Assembly: GCA_010093745.1 (NCBI GenBank)
Contig: MU005972.1
Span: 259,170-295,976 of the forward strand
Direction: 5' to 3'
From: Piedraia hortae CBS 480.64
Taxonomy: Eukaryota
DNA length: 36,807 nucleotides
A program made the position numbers and the translations under genes. Positions 21,004-31,107 of the stretch are shown piece by piece; within the stretch, counting starts at the first letter, position 1; every line of letters starts with the position of its first letter. The notes below the pieces were generated by a model. It was given only the letters and a program-made list of their open reading frames with translations. It did not search any database and had not been told where the DNA came from.

Positions 21004-22116
21004 CTATAGCTTTGAAACCGCGAACCAAACCCCCCCTAGCAATGCCAACGCGAGGGTATTCTTCGCCCATGAGGGCGTATCTCTGATTAGATATTGCCGT
21101 CTTCGTCTCGCCTTGGGCAGGGTCCTGTTCGTTCGTGTCTGTATCGTAACATTCCCACCCAAATCATCCCACCGTCCAGTCTCCCCTTCACCCTCTCCAA
21201 CCTCAACCTCAACCCCCCCACCAAAAAAATCCAGCACCCTCTTCCTCCTCACCGCCTCCTCCCCCCCAGGGAAGAGATCATACCTCACCCCCGCATTGGA
21301 ATGCACCCTCTCAAACGTATACCAATCGAACAGCTCCCCGAGCGTCGTATCCCGTCCCTGCACCCCATCCAAATGCCCCTCCAAAAACTCCAAATTCGCA
21401 TACGTCCAGCGATCAATCACCGCCACACCCACATCATTATCCGCGTGGTGCGAATAACTGCTCTCATCGCGCTCACTACTCCCGGCCGCAATCACGTTCG
21501 GACTGTAAAAATCCTCAAACATCGTATTCGCCTGACACGTATCAATCATGAACAACAGCTCATTATACCTCTTCTTCTCAAACATCTGGTGCAGCGCGTC
21601 CGCGAGATCATGAGAGGAGATCTCTTCACTGTCTTGGAATTTTAGGAACTTCTCACCCCCGTGCCCGGTCATGTAGATTAGGACGTTGCTGCGGTCGTCG
21701 GTTAGGAGGCGTTTGGAGGTTGGGTGGGTGGGATCCCAGCGGTCGGTTAAAAGGCGGATGAAGGTTTCGACCGTGACTTCTAATCCGCGGTAGTCGACTT
21801 CGATGCCGCTGGGCATTTTGCTGGTTTGGTCCGAGGAGTCGTAGAGGTCCAGGTCGCGGCTTTTGTCGTTGAAGACGCTCCCCGCAAAGACGTTGCGCGC
21901 GTTGCAGGCCATGTCGTCCGGGAGCATCAGGATGATTTGGCTGTCGGGTATGCCGAGGCGTTTGACCGTGCGGTAGATGCTCAATACGTTGGCCATGTGC
22001 CGGTAGTTGAACCAGAATCTGCTGGTGGAGACCAGGACGGCCCAGTTGGAGGTGTGTTGTTGGGGGTGGGAGAGGGAGAGGCTGAGGAGGGCGAGGAGGG
22101 GGAGCGTTGGTTTCAT
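21004..22116 (-). CDS. GPI8: GPI-anchor transamidase catalytic subunit (peptidase C13), 370 aa
   Basis: Signal peptide, HTSNWAVLVSTSRFWFNYRH, catalytic YMTGHGG and IDTCQA, C-terminal hydrophobic segment. Confidence 0.97.
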   Translation of the reverse strand: MKPTLPLLALLSLSLSHPQQHTSNWAVLVSTSRFWFNYRHMANVLSIYRTVKRLGIPDSQIILMLPDDMACNARNVFAGSVFNDKSRDLDLYDSSDQTSKMPSGIEVDYRGLEVTVETFIRLLTDRWDPTHPTSKRLLTDDRSNVLIYMTGHGGEKFLKFQDSEEISSHDLADALHQMFEKKRYNELLFMIDTCQANTMFEDFYSPNVIAAGSSERDESSYSHHADNDVGVAVIDRWTYANLEFLEGHLDGVQGRDTTLGELFDWYTFERVHSNAGVRYDLFPGGEEAVRRKRVLDFFGGGVEVEVGEGEGETGRWDDLGGNVTIQTRTNRTLPKARRRRQYLIRDTPSWAKNTLALALLGGVWFAVSKL

Positions 22117-22470
22117 TGGACTGCTAGTTATTGCTGGGTTGGATGCTGGGAGGCGTGGTCGTTCATGTGCCGACGACCGGTTACAAATGTAACGGTCGGA
22201 GCTTAGGATGTGAAGTTAAGAAGGCGGAATTGAGCCACTGCGGAGCGAAAGGGGCGGAAGCACGCAGAAAGACAATAGAATACCGTAAACGCTACCCTCG
22301 CTCCTCATCGTATGCCTAGCAATGTCTCTCTCAGAAGTCATTATTCCCCCCTCAGACCAAGTCGTGATCCACCACTACTCGAATGTTCTCAATCCACCCA
22401 CCATCAACCCATGAAAGCATCGCATTCCCCCGACACACAAGTGATAACCCACCACCACCTATGCAACTAT

Positions 22471-24846
22471 CTACCCCCTCACCACAACCCACGATTTATA
22501 CCCCCTCTCAAACTCATCCTTCGCCTGAGCCGTATCCAAACCCAGCGAAACCTCCTCCCCCCGTTTCTTGATGCTGGGAAAAGTAAACGCTTGCTGTTCG
22601 TTTGCGGGCGTCTTTGATTTGAAGAGGTCTGTAGCAGCTGCTGGGATTTTTTCTGCAGGGTTTTCTGTGGGTTTTTGCACTGCGGGCATGGACGGAGCTT
22701 TGGGGAGCGGGGGTGTTTTCCGCACAGAGGAAGCATTCTGCACAGCTGGAGCCTCCTGCAGTGCTGGTGCATTGGGGAGAGACGGCGTCTTCTGCACAGA
22801 GGACGTCGTCTGCAGAGCTGGAGTCTTCAACCCAGCCCTCGGCGTAACCTCATCATCCGCCTTCGTAGGCGTATTCTGCGCACTAACAGGCGGCGTAATC
22901 TGGTTCGCAAGCGGATGCGTCGTTTTCGCCTTTGGCGTAGCAAAAACGCTCGGCGTCGCGAAGAACGCGGGAGCCTTCACCGACGCGGGGGCTTTAGGAG
23001 TCTGGAGCAGCGGCTCGCTACCCGACGCCTGGGCAAACACGTTGGCTGAAGCTGGCTTCGCGGGGGTTTGAACTTCAGCAGGCCCCTTGACAGGGGAGGC
23101 CGCCTGAGCGAAAATATTATCCTTCTCCGGAATGGTCCCCTCGATTTCCATTTCGTCGTCGCTGTCGATTTCCGGGACGCGGAACGTGCTGGAGGCATCG
23201 CCTGGTCTGTTATGGGGGATGTAGGCGAGGGTGTCGACTTTGACCCTCTTGCGACGGTGCGATTCCGCTTCGATGATGTCTGGGTCTTGTTTTAGTTTTT
23301 CGAGTTCTTCTTCCATCTGGCGCATTTTTTCGAGCTTGGCGTGACGCGCGTCGGCGTTGGGCTCGCGGATAGCTGTGCGACGGGGCAGGATCCCGTCACG
23401 GATCATCTCGCGTTCTTGGGCGCGGACTTCCCAGGCCCAGGGACCTTGCTTTCCCACGGGGGTTTTGGCCATGCGCGCTTGGCGGACTTCTTGTACCGAA
23501 CGGCGTTTCACGGGCGCGGTGGATGGCACGGCGGTGGATCGGGGGCGGGGGGTCGCTTTCACTCCAGGCGTGGCGGCCACTCCGGGGGTGGCATTTGTTC
23601 CAGGCGTGGCATTCGCTTTGGGAGTGGCATTGACCCTGGGAGTCGCTATCATCCTGGGAGTGGCATTCACCTTGGGGGTGTTGAACTGCACATTGTTCTC
23701 CTCGTCCATTGGAGCCGAACGCTTACGGCTTTGTGCGGCCGAACCAGGCGTTGTTGGCGGCAATGGACGTGTGTTCTGCACTGAACTGCCCAGAGGACGC
23801 ATCGGACGCGCAGGCGTGGCATTTGGCCGGAAACGAACCCTCTTGCGCGGCTCCGTAGCGGCATGATTAGGCGTTTGCGAGAAGAAGTTGGCCGCCCTCG
23901 TCGACTCCTTTTGCACCGTCCGCGGCCGCTTGCTAGGCGTGTAGTCTGCTTCGACCGACGCCGCCCGCTTCCGGCCTGCCTTGGGCGTTTCTAAGCGGCG
24001 AAACGGACTGAACATGCCGACCGCCGACGACAGATAGCGACGCCATGTGGGCATCAGCGCAGACGGAGACGGCAATACCGTCGTGGGAGGGAACGATTGT
24101 GTCGCCGGAACCACTGCATTGGCCGGCTCATCCGGCTCCGTCGCCGACTCCGACGCCTCTTCAATCGCCTCCAACCGCTGCACCTGCCTCGACTGCGGCT
24201 CTGGTTCTTCGTCAACCTCGGTTTCCGTCTCTGTCTCCGTCTCCGTCTCCGTCTCCGTCTCCGAATGCTGTTCGAACAAGGCCTGAGTGCCCGCATACAT
24301 GTCATCGTCCTCTTCCGTGTCAGCCTCGGAAGCCTCTTCGATCAACGACAGACGACGCGATTCGAACGACTGGCCGATCGTGTCGGCAGTCTCCGGAGAG
24401 TCTCCATCAGTATCGCCCACCGAAGCAATCGGCATCACAAACTGCACGCGCTTCTCGACCACGACGGGCCTGTGATCGACCTCTACCGTCTCCTCGTTGA
24501 CCTCAACGCTCGGCAGTACACCATCCCTCTCCTGCGAAGCCCTAAGCTCCACCACGCTCTCCACATCGCTCGCCTCCGTCGCGCTCGGCTCCTCACTCTC
24601 CTTCGCCCTGGAACGTGTACTGCGCTTTGAAGCTGCCGAAGACGACGGCGGCTGCTTAGGCTGCTGTTTGCCCTTCGGCTTAGCCGGCTGCTTCGTCACA
24701 CGTGTCTTCTTCGTCGGCTGACGCGTTTTTGAGCTCGTCGCACGGGTGGTAGAACTCATAGCGCGGGCGGTCGAGCTGCTCACAGCATCGACAGTGACCT
24801 CGGGCTCCTGTGATGCCAAACGACGAGAACGCCTGGGTTGCGACAT
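22471..24846 (-). CDS. Large, probably disordered protein of unknown function, ~791 aa, rich in TP sites and basic clusters
   Basis: Long uninterrupted ORF with first ATG at 24846 (MSQPRRSRRLASQEPE). Acidic (ET)n tract, xxATPx repeats, compact motif RRKRVKVDTLAYIPHNRPGDASSTFRVPEIDSDDE. Confidence 0.8.
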   Translation of the reverse strand: MSQPRRSRRLASQEPEVTVDAVSSSTARAMSSTTRATSSKTRQPTKKTRVTKQPAKPKGKQQPKQPPSSSAASKRSTRSRAKESEEPSATEASDVESVVELRASQERDGVLPSVEVNEETVEVDHRPVVVEKRVQFVMPIASVGDTDGDSPETADTIGQSFESRRLSLIEEASEADTEEDDDMYAGTQALFEQHSETETETETETETETEVDEEPEPQSRQVQRLEAIEEASESATEPDEPANAVVPATQSFPPTTVLPSPSALMPTWRRYLSSAVGMFSPFRRLETPKAGRKRAASVEADYTPSKRPRTVQKESTRAANFFSQTPNHAATEPRKRVRFRPNATPARPMRPLGSSVQNTRPLPPTTPGSAAQSRKRSAPMDEENNVQFNTPKVNATPRMIATPRVNATPKANATPGTNATPGVAATPGVKATPRPRSTAVPSTAPVKRRSVQEVRQARMAKTPVGKQGPWAWEVRAQEREMIRDGILPRRTAIREPNADARHAKLEKMRQMEEELEKLKQDPDIIEAESHRRKRVKVDTLAYIPHNRPGDASSTFRVPEIDSDDEMEIEGTIPEKDNIFAQAASPVKGPAEVQTPAKPASANVFAQASGSEPLLQTPKAPASVKAPAFFATPSVFATPKAKTTHPLANQITPPVSAQNTPTKADDEVTPRAGLKTPALQTTSSVQKTPSLPNAPALQEAPAVQNASSVRKTPPLPKAPSMPAVQKPTENPAEKIPAAATDLFKSKTPANEQQAFTFPSIKKRGEEVSLGLDTAQAKDEFERGYKSWVVVRG
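23546..23683 (-). repeat. Degenerate 18-bp coding minisatellite, ~8 units of xxATP[K/R/G]
   Basis: Encodes NTPKVNATPRMIATPRVNATPKANATPGTNATPGVAATPGVKATPR. Confidence 0.9.
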
Positions 24847-25028
24847 TGCGAAAATGTATTGCAAGACGCGTTGCTGGGGCGTGTTACCAAATGTTAGACC
24901 GGTGAAGAATGTTCTCGCTTCTCGCTGCAGACCGAAAAACTCGGGGCCGGAACTGTGCAGCACATCACGTGATGTAATAACGCGTGCACGCTGACGTCAC
25001 GCGGTAACACGTCACCACGTCCTCACCA
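24847..25028. promoter_or_regulatory. 182-bp divergent promoter dense in palindromic motifs
   Basis: ACGCGT at 24866-24871 and 24980-24985, TCACGTGA at 24965-24972, TGACGTCA at 24992-24999, between head-to-head start codons. Confidence 0.55.
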
Positions 25029-25611
25029 ATGACAACATCCCCAGGCGGCTCGTCCAGCGCGGGCCTGCTTCTTCGAAGGCAGTTTCAGCGTATGCAGAAA
25101 GAGGATGAGATCCCGGGGATCAGCTGTGGCATGGTTGATGACGATATGTTCACGTGGGAGATTATCATGATGCTGGATGAAGAGCAGGATCGTCTTTACG
25201 GCGGTATGCGTTGGATTAGATTGTAGGTTGAACGTCACGGCTGATTGGGAAATAGGTGGCATGTTCAAGGCTCATATGAAATTCCCTCAATCGTATCCCC
25301 ATTCGCCGCCAAAGTTGACGTTTGTGACGCCGATCTTCCATCCGAACGTTTACCCCAATGGGGAGGTGTGCATTTCGATCCTGCACGAGCCGGGAGATGA
25401 CAAATATGGCTATGAATCTGCTGACGAGCGCTGGAGTCCTGTTCAGACGCCTGAGACGATCTTGCTTAGCGTCATTAGCATGTTGGGCAGCCCGAACGAT
25501 GAGAGCCCTGCCAATGTTGAGGCCGGGAAGCTATGGAGAGAGGATCGTGCTGCGTTTCGCAAGCGGGTGAGGAAGTGCGTCCGCGACAGTCTGGAGGACG
25601 GATTTGAATAG
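25029..25611 (+). CDS. Ubiquitin-conjugating enzyme E2, Ubc7/UBE2G family with acidic loop, ~176 aa; exons 25029-25203 and 25256-25611
   Basis: FHPNVYPNGEVCISILH active site, acidic loop EPGDDKYGYESADERWSPVQ, PNDESPAN. 52-nt GTATGC...GCTGAT...TAG intron. Confidence 0.95.
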
Positions 25612-25811
25612 AATCAACGTATCAAGGTACACACGATAACGAGTAGAAACCAGAGTCTCATTGGCAGCTATACACGCCCGTCCCACAGCTACGTCAAGAC
25701 TACGAAGGCGAATGAGCACAGGGCTTTCCCTTTGCCGAAGCAAAGTCTCTTTCCCTCATGAGCGCCCACCTCCCTCTGGGTCGTGCAGCCTGCGAGGCTC
25801 AGGTTGTCTCT

Positions 25812-26769
25812 CTACCAGCCGACGTTGCCCGTGTCACCGCCAGCGCTGGGTTCTTCAGCACCCCAGCCCTGGTTGCCCGTCTGCACAGGTCCTGAAGATG
25901 CAGCCCAGTCACCGCCGGCATCGGCGTCCCACGTATTGCCGGTCGCAGTTCCGGCCGTGAAGGCCCCAGCATTGCCGCCGGAGACATCCCACTCGCTGGC
26001 GAAACCGCTCTCGACGGCGGCAGGGCCAACATCGTCGGCGCCGGGAACCTTATTCTCCTCCTGGCCGGCCGAGTCCTTGTTCTCTTCGCTTTCGAGATCA
26101 CGGTAGAAGTACAAATCAGTCATGACATCCCATTCGGCTTCGCGGCTGGCAAGAGTACCACGCAGACGCAGCACCTCGCGAGCCAACATCCACCAGACCA
26201 AACCGATCGCGTGACGGCCCTTGTTGTTGGTTGGGATGGCAACATCGACGTACTCGGTGGGCGAGTCGGTATCGCAGAGAGCGATGACGGGGATGTTCAC
26301 GTACGAGGCTTCCTTGATAGCCTGGGCATCGGTACGCGGGTCCGTAACGACAATGATGCGGGGCTCCTTGAACGAGCGAGTAATGTAGTTGGTAAAGTTA
26401 CCAGGCGTAAAACGACCGGCAATGGCCGAAGCCCCCGTGTGGGCTGCAAACTTGAGCACGGCACGCTGTCCATAGGGACGGGCAGAAATGACGGCAATAT
26501 CGGCCGGGTTATCGATGGCCACGAGGATGCGGGCGGCAAAGACAATTTTCTCCCTACGGCAGTCAGCACCCGGCCTTGACAGTTCATCTGAAACCGTACC
26601 AGGTCTTGCCAATGTTGATCACGTTGATGCCGTCAGGACGAGTCTTCCACAGGTACGGCTCCATGTGCGTCTGGAGGTTCTTGCTGCCGAGGTGGCACTG
26701 TGCAGCAAGCATCATCTCAACGTCCTGGTTAGTGGCATTGAAAATTGCGGGCAGGTTCTTGGACGCCAT
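25812..26769 (-). CDS. RPS0: 40S ribosomal protein uS2 (S0/SA), ~303 aa; exons 26769-26600 and 26553-25812
   Basis: [49 protein letters not shown]. 46-nt GTACGG...GCTGAC...TAG intron. Confidence 0.97.
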
Positions 26770-26901
26770 GGTTGCTGTTGTGGTGGGAGGGAATTTCGAC
26801 TGCAAAATTGTGTGTGCGCTTGGAGCGGGGACCCTTCCGCGCGGAATCCTTCCCGCACCCGCGAAGACGTCGGTCGACTTGGGCAGAATCAGAAACCGGG
26901 A

Positions 26902-27747
26902 ATGGCCTCGTGGATGGCTGCGCCCCCATGTCTGAGGGCCATGAAGCCTTTCAATCCAGTTCAGCTACGCACTTTTGCATCCACGATATGCTGCCAAAAA
27001 CAGGCCAGCAAGCGACGCCGAAACTCCCAAGTCGCTGCACAAGCACGCGCACGAAAAGCAGCCAACACCAGCCGGCAGACTGAGCTCGAAAAGCAACGCA
27101 AAGAGGCGCTCGGAAACCCAGTCAAGGGAATCCCAACGCCTTTTGTCGAGTCCTTCGATACCGCGACGTCCACCAATGACGCGTCCAACCTCAACTTCTT
27201 CCTATCCCCAGCCGAACTGGAGACTGTACAAACATCGCAGCCGCAGGACGAAGCAGATGCAGCCAAGCTGGAAGAGGAGAATGCCACCGCAGACGAGGCT
27301 CTCCGCCGGATTACATCTCTCTCGCTCTCCAGTTCACAAGACCGACTTCGAGTAAACATCCAACGCTGCATCGAGACTTTTGGACGTCATAATACAGACA
27401 AGATCCTGCCGCCCAGTCCCTCCAACCCGCCCAAACCAGGCAAAACCGTCGTCGAGCAGCATCAGTTAGAAAACAACGGCAAAATGCCGCGTGTAGGTCC
27501 CGATACTGGTTCATCAGAAGTCCAAATCGGCATCCTCACAGCCAAAATCCGTGCGTTGTACCAATACCTCGAAACCCGTGGCGGGCCGGACAAGATGAAC
27601 AAACGCAATCTCCGCTTGTTAGTCCACCGAAGACAAAAACTTTTGAAATACCTCCGAAAAAAGGACAAGGGCGGTGCGCGATGGCAAAGAGTCATTGGAA
27701 CCCTTGGCCTAACCGAAGGAACCTGGAAAGGCGAAATCAGCTTTTAG
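26902..27747 (+). CDS. MRPS28: Mitochondrial ribosomal protein uS15m (start at 26902 or 26914)
   Basis: Basic presequence and C-terminal S15 domain [16 protein letters not shown]...[22 protein letters not shown]. Symbol follows the yeast name. Confidence 0.92.
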   Translation: MASWMAAPPCLRAMKPFNPVQLRTFASTICCQKQASKRRRNSQVAAQARARKAANTSRQTELEKQRKEALGNPVKGIPTPFVESFDTATSTNDASNLNFFLSPAELETVQTSQPQDEADAAKLEEENATADEALRRITSLSLSSSQDRLRVNIQRCIETFGRHNTDKILPPSPSNPPKPGKTVVEQHQLENNGKMPRVGPDTGSSEVQIGILTAKIRALYQYLETRGGPDKMNKRNLRLLVHRRQKLLKYLRKKDKGGARWQRVIGTLGLTEGTWKGEISF

Positions 27748-27780
27748 ATAGAAAACCCATCTGTAAATTAAAAATGTAAT

Positions 27781-30700
27781 CTAAAACCCAAAGCTATCCA
27801 GCAAACTGCCCGCATCCGGTTCTTGGAACTGTGTCGGCGGCGGCGGCGGCGGTAGCATGTCATTCGTCTCTCCCTCCTCCAACTCTTCCCCCTTCTCCCC
27901 CTTCTCCCCCTTCTCCTCACGCGTAAACACCCACCCACTCACCAACTCGAGCGCAATCGTCCACAACCCCATCCTCCTCAACACCCTCGCAGCCCTCAAA
28001 ACAGCCTGAAACTCAAACCTACTCCCCTTGTCTCCCCTCAAATCCCTATACAGCACAAGCGTAGCGGGATCATCCTGCCTCGCGAGCCGAACCCCCACGC
28101 CCTTGAGCGGCTCTACAAGACACTCTCTCGCCTCATCTCTTCGCCCAAGAATCTCGTACCCCCAACACAACCTCCACCTATCCCCCTCCCCGCGTGCTGG
28201 CTCGATTACCCTCCCCTCAACAAGCGTCCTCAAAACCTCACTCCCCTCCCCCGCGTAAACCCTCGCAACTGCAACGGCAAGGTCGCAGTCCCCGCACTGC
28301 GCCGCCAGGACGCCGCACGCGGAGGCGGGGTCATCCGCGAGCAAAAAAAACGCAGCGGCGTATTCGAACCGCCTCTTCCCCATTAGGGCGTACGCATTTT
28401 TTTTCGCTGCGCTGCGGTTTTCGGGGGTGGAGAAGTCACGTTGTAGGAATTTTAGGGTGGCACGCTGTTCTTTGTGCCAAGATGCGAGGCGCCAGAGGTT
28501 CTGCAGGGTGGATTTTCTGCGGAGGGCGAGGAAGAAGAGGCTGCTTTGCGTTGGGTCAGGGGGGTGGGTTGAGCGGTAGGTTGATTGGGCGAGGGTTTCG
28601 AGGAAGGAGGTTAGGGAGTCGGAGGTGTTTAGGAGGGAGGGCAGGCCGAGGGATTTTGCGACCGGCCAGGTTAATGGGTTTTGGGGGGTGTATGGTTGTG
28701 TTAGGAGGGTGAGGAGGGGGCTTTGAGTGCTGCTGTGGTAGGCGAAACAGATCGCCCGGGGGTTCATGATGGGTGTGATGCCCGGGCGGGCGAGGGTGTG
28801 GTATCTCCAGGTGAAGAGGTAGCGGAGGGAGAATGGGTCGAGGGTGCTGGTTAGGGTTGAACAGAAGAGGAGGGATTCGAGGATGGGGAGGAGGCGGGTT
28901 TGGTCGATTGAGGAGACGGAGGGGAGGTCTTTGGTTTGGAGTTGGATTATGAGGTCGGCGACCACTTCGTCGGTTAGGGGTTGGGGGGTGGTTGCGTCGA
29001 GGGAGAGGTCGTCGCCTTCGCTCCAGAATTTCAGTTTGCTGGCTAAGTTGGTGAGGGTTTGGGTGGCGGATGTCATGTCCCCGTGGTGGATCAGATGGCT
29101 GAGCATGCGGGGATGATAGGCGGGCAGTGGGTTTTTGATTTTTGCTGGGACTTGTAGGATTGGGATTATGGCGTCTTCGGCGATGTCACACTTGTCTCTG
29201 AGGTCGGGATGGATGTCTTGCCCGGTGACTGTGTTGGCGGCGAGGAGGATACCGTTTCCGCATGCAACAGCCACTGACCCGTCGTGAAGCCACTCGATTG
29301 CTGAGATCTGCAGCCCGAGTCCGTCGATAGAGATTGTCTTGATAGCCGTCCATATGCCTGGCTTCTCGCCATGTTCATATCTCCCTTGCACTAGGACAAG
29401 AGCATGAGTAGAGAAGGCTACCACAATGAGATTGTAGTCATCATTAAGTTTCAAGTGCTTCACAGGCTCCTGGAAGGTCTGGCGATGTTCGACGTAGCCC
29501 TCCTCCATCTCGACAACGACCAGCTCCGTACCATCAGCAGAAACGACAGCAGCAACTGTATCGTTTGTGACAGCAATACTCGGATCGACTATGCCAGTTT
29601 CAAAAGGGACCTCCACCTTGCCCTTTGCTTCAAATGTGTGCGGCTTACCGCTCCAAGCAAGCAGCTGCTGAACAAGCCGTCCATTACTTTCCAGATTCCA
29701 AATAGCTACTCCACCGCTAAGAGACTTTGAAAACAGAGTCTTGCCGTTCATGTGCGTAGACAACTCTTGTACAGGCGAATGATGGCCTACCCATCTCGCA
29801 TCCAATGACAAGCGTTCAGGTCCCGGCGCAGACGGGGACAGAAACTTTTCCACAGAACCTTGCCACCATTCCACACGATCATCAAATTGGTGCGCGATCA
29901 GGTGAATCTTGTCATTGTCAAACCAAGCCTGAAACCGAGCATTCGTCTGCATGCACAGCTTCAGGCCTTCTGAGTGGGCAATATGAAAGATCTCTTGAAT
30001 GTCCTCGTTTCGACGTTTATGTGCAATGCTGTGCAGACCCCAGGCCGACATGCGGCCTTGTCCATCCATTATGACAAAAACATCGGGCGATCTTGACACG
30101 ACTTCTTTCAGATGTTCCAGCGAGTGACTTATCTTGTCGTCTGTTTTCCTAATGTGGACCGCCGAAACAGCAGCGCTAAACTGGTCGGCTGGTAGCATAA
30201 ATGCAAACCGCACAGGTTGGCTGGTGCTGGACATTCCATCGCTCGTAAGCGACGGAGACTGTGGAATGGCCGAGACCAGATCTATGGTGGTGTGTAATAC
30301 GAGAAAGTCAAGGTCAAATGGGCCACCGGTTTTCCACACCCTCAGCACACCGTCCGTGGCCATGGTGTACAGCACATCCTGATCGTCCTCGTATCTAGGG
30401 CTATGGTCATCATCCTTCTCACGGTCCTGCCTCCATTGCAGATGAGCAACTGGGGCGGGATGCGGCAGATATGAATAGTCAAAGACATAGTCTTCAAACG
30501 ACAGGAACCTCCACACCTTAACCAAGCGGTCACGCTGTCCACAGGTTACCATCATGCGTGCTGTGGGATTGAACAGGGCATGTTGAACCGCATTTGCCAC
30601 CTTCGTCGTCCATAACGGATGCCTTTCTGGCAAACTGCTCACGTCTAGTGAACTGGATCTGTTTGACGAGGGCAGGGTGGAGAACAGGGCCAAGGTCTTA

Positions 30701-31107
30701 GTTCCCCCTATCAAAACTTCACCAGAGCTCCCCCAGCTCAGACATTGTACCGCGTCCTCGCCGACATTATCTCGCCGTAAAATCAGACACCTTTCCCACC
30801 ATTCCTTGGTCCATCCCTCGGCATGGGGGTCAAGCACATACACATTAACTTTGTCCGCAACTAGAAGCTTTCCAGACCTCGGTTCTGAAGTCACCGCAAT
30901 CAGGTCGTGGGAGAACGCCAATGCTTGTACGAATACAACAGGAGAAAGCAGGATGTTCAGTTGGCGGCCCGATATGTACGCGACAAAGCGCTTATCTCGA
31001 AACGTGAAGCTTGCGATGGACTGCAGTCCAATGTTTGGTGCGCCGGGGATAACTTGTGCAAAATTAGCTGGTTTGGGCGTGGAGACTCCGGGCGAGGTTG
31101 AAGGCAT
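27781..31107 (-). CDS. RAV1: RAVE complex subunit Rav1 (WD40 plus Rav1p_C), ~1108 aa
   Basis: N-terminal VIPGAPN and WD repeats (DRLVKVW, YLPHPAPV..LQWR); Rav1_C signature DP...SLFFLALRRK..L..LWR...WHKEQ..T..FL..DF......AAKKNAYALMGKRRFEYAAAFFLLAD. First ATG at 31107. Confidence 0.95.
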   Translation of the reverse strand: MPSTSPGVSTPKPANFAQVIPGAPNIGLQSIASFTFRDKRFVAYISGRQLNILLSPVVFVQALAFSHDLIAVTSEPRSGKLLVADKVNVYVLDPHAEGWTKEWWERCLILRRDNVGEDAVQCLSWGSSGEVLIGGTKTLALFSTLPSSNRSSSLDVSSLPERHPLWTTKVANAVQHALFNPTARMMVTCGQRDRLVKVWRFLSFEDYVFDYSYLPHPAPVAHLQWRQDREKDDDHSPRYEDDQDVLYTMATDGVLRVWKTGGPFDLDFLVLHTTIDLVSAIPQSPSLTSDGMSSTSQPVRFAFMLPADQFSAAVSAVHIRKTDDKISHSLEHLKEVVSRSPDVFVIMDGQGRMSAWGLHSIAHKRRNEDIQEIFHIAHSEGLKLCMQTNARFQAWFDNDKIHLIAHQFDDRVEWWQGSVEKFLSPSAPGPERLSLDARWVGHHSPVQELSTHMNGKTLFSKSLSGGVAIWNLESNGRLVQQLLAWSGKPHTFEAKGKVEVPFETGIVDPSIAVTNDTVAAVVSADGTELVVVEMEEGYVEHRQTFQEPVKHLKLNDDYNLIVVAFSTHALVLVQGRYEHGEKPGIWTAIKTISIDGLGLQISAIEWLHDGSVAVACGNGILLAANTVTGQDIHPDLRDKCDIAEDAIIPILQVPAKIKNPLPAYHPRMLSHLIHHGDMTSATQTLTNLASKLKFWSEGDDLSLDATTPQPLTDEVVADLIIQLQTKDLPSVSSIDQTRLLPILESLLFCSTLTSTLDPFSLRYLFTWRYHTLARPGITPIMNPRAICFAYHSSTQSPLLTLLTQPYTPQNPLTWPVAKSLGLPSLLNTSDSLTSFLETLAQSTYRSTHPPDPTQSSLFFLALRRKSTLQNLWRLASWHKEQRATLKFLQRDFSTPENRSAAKKNAYALMGKRRFEYAAAFFLLADDPASACGVLAAQCGDCDLAVAVARVYAGEGSEVLRTLVEGRVIEPARGEGDRWRLCWGYEILGRRDEARECLVEPLKGVGVRLARQDDPATLVLYRDLRGDKGSRFEFQAVLRAARVLRRMGLWTIALELVSGWVFTREEKGEKGEKGEELEEGETNDMLPPPPPPTQFQEPDAGSLLDSFGF

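Noticed and set aside
23546..23683. Regular repeats as a possible CRISPR-like array
   Set aside because: In-frame coding minisatellite with no spacers, in a eukaryotic gene.
26488..26901. Long N-terminal extension of the uS15m ORF
   Set aside because: Overlaps RPS0 in antisense; a mitochondrial presequence-like start exists at 26902/26914.
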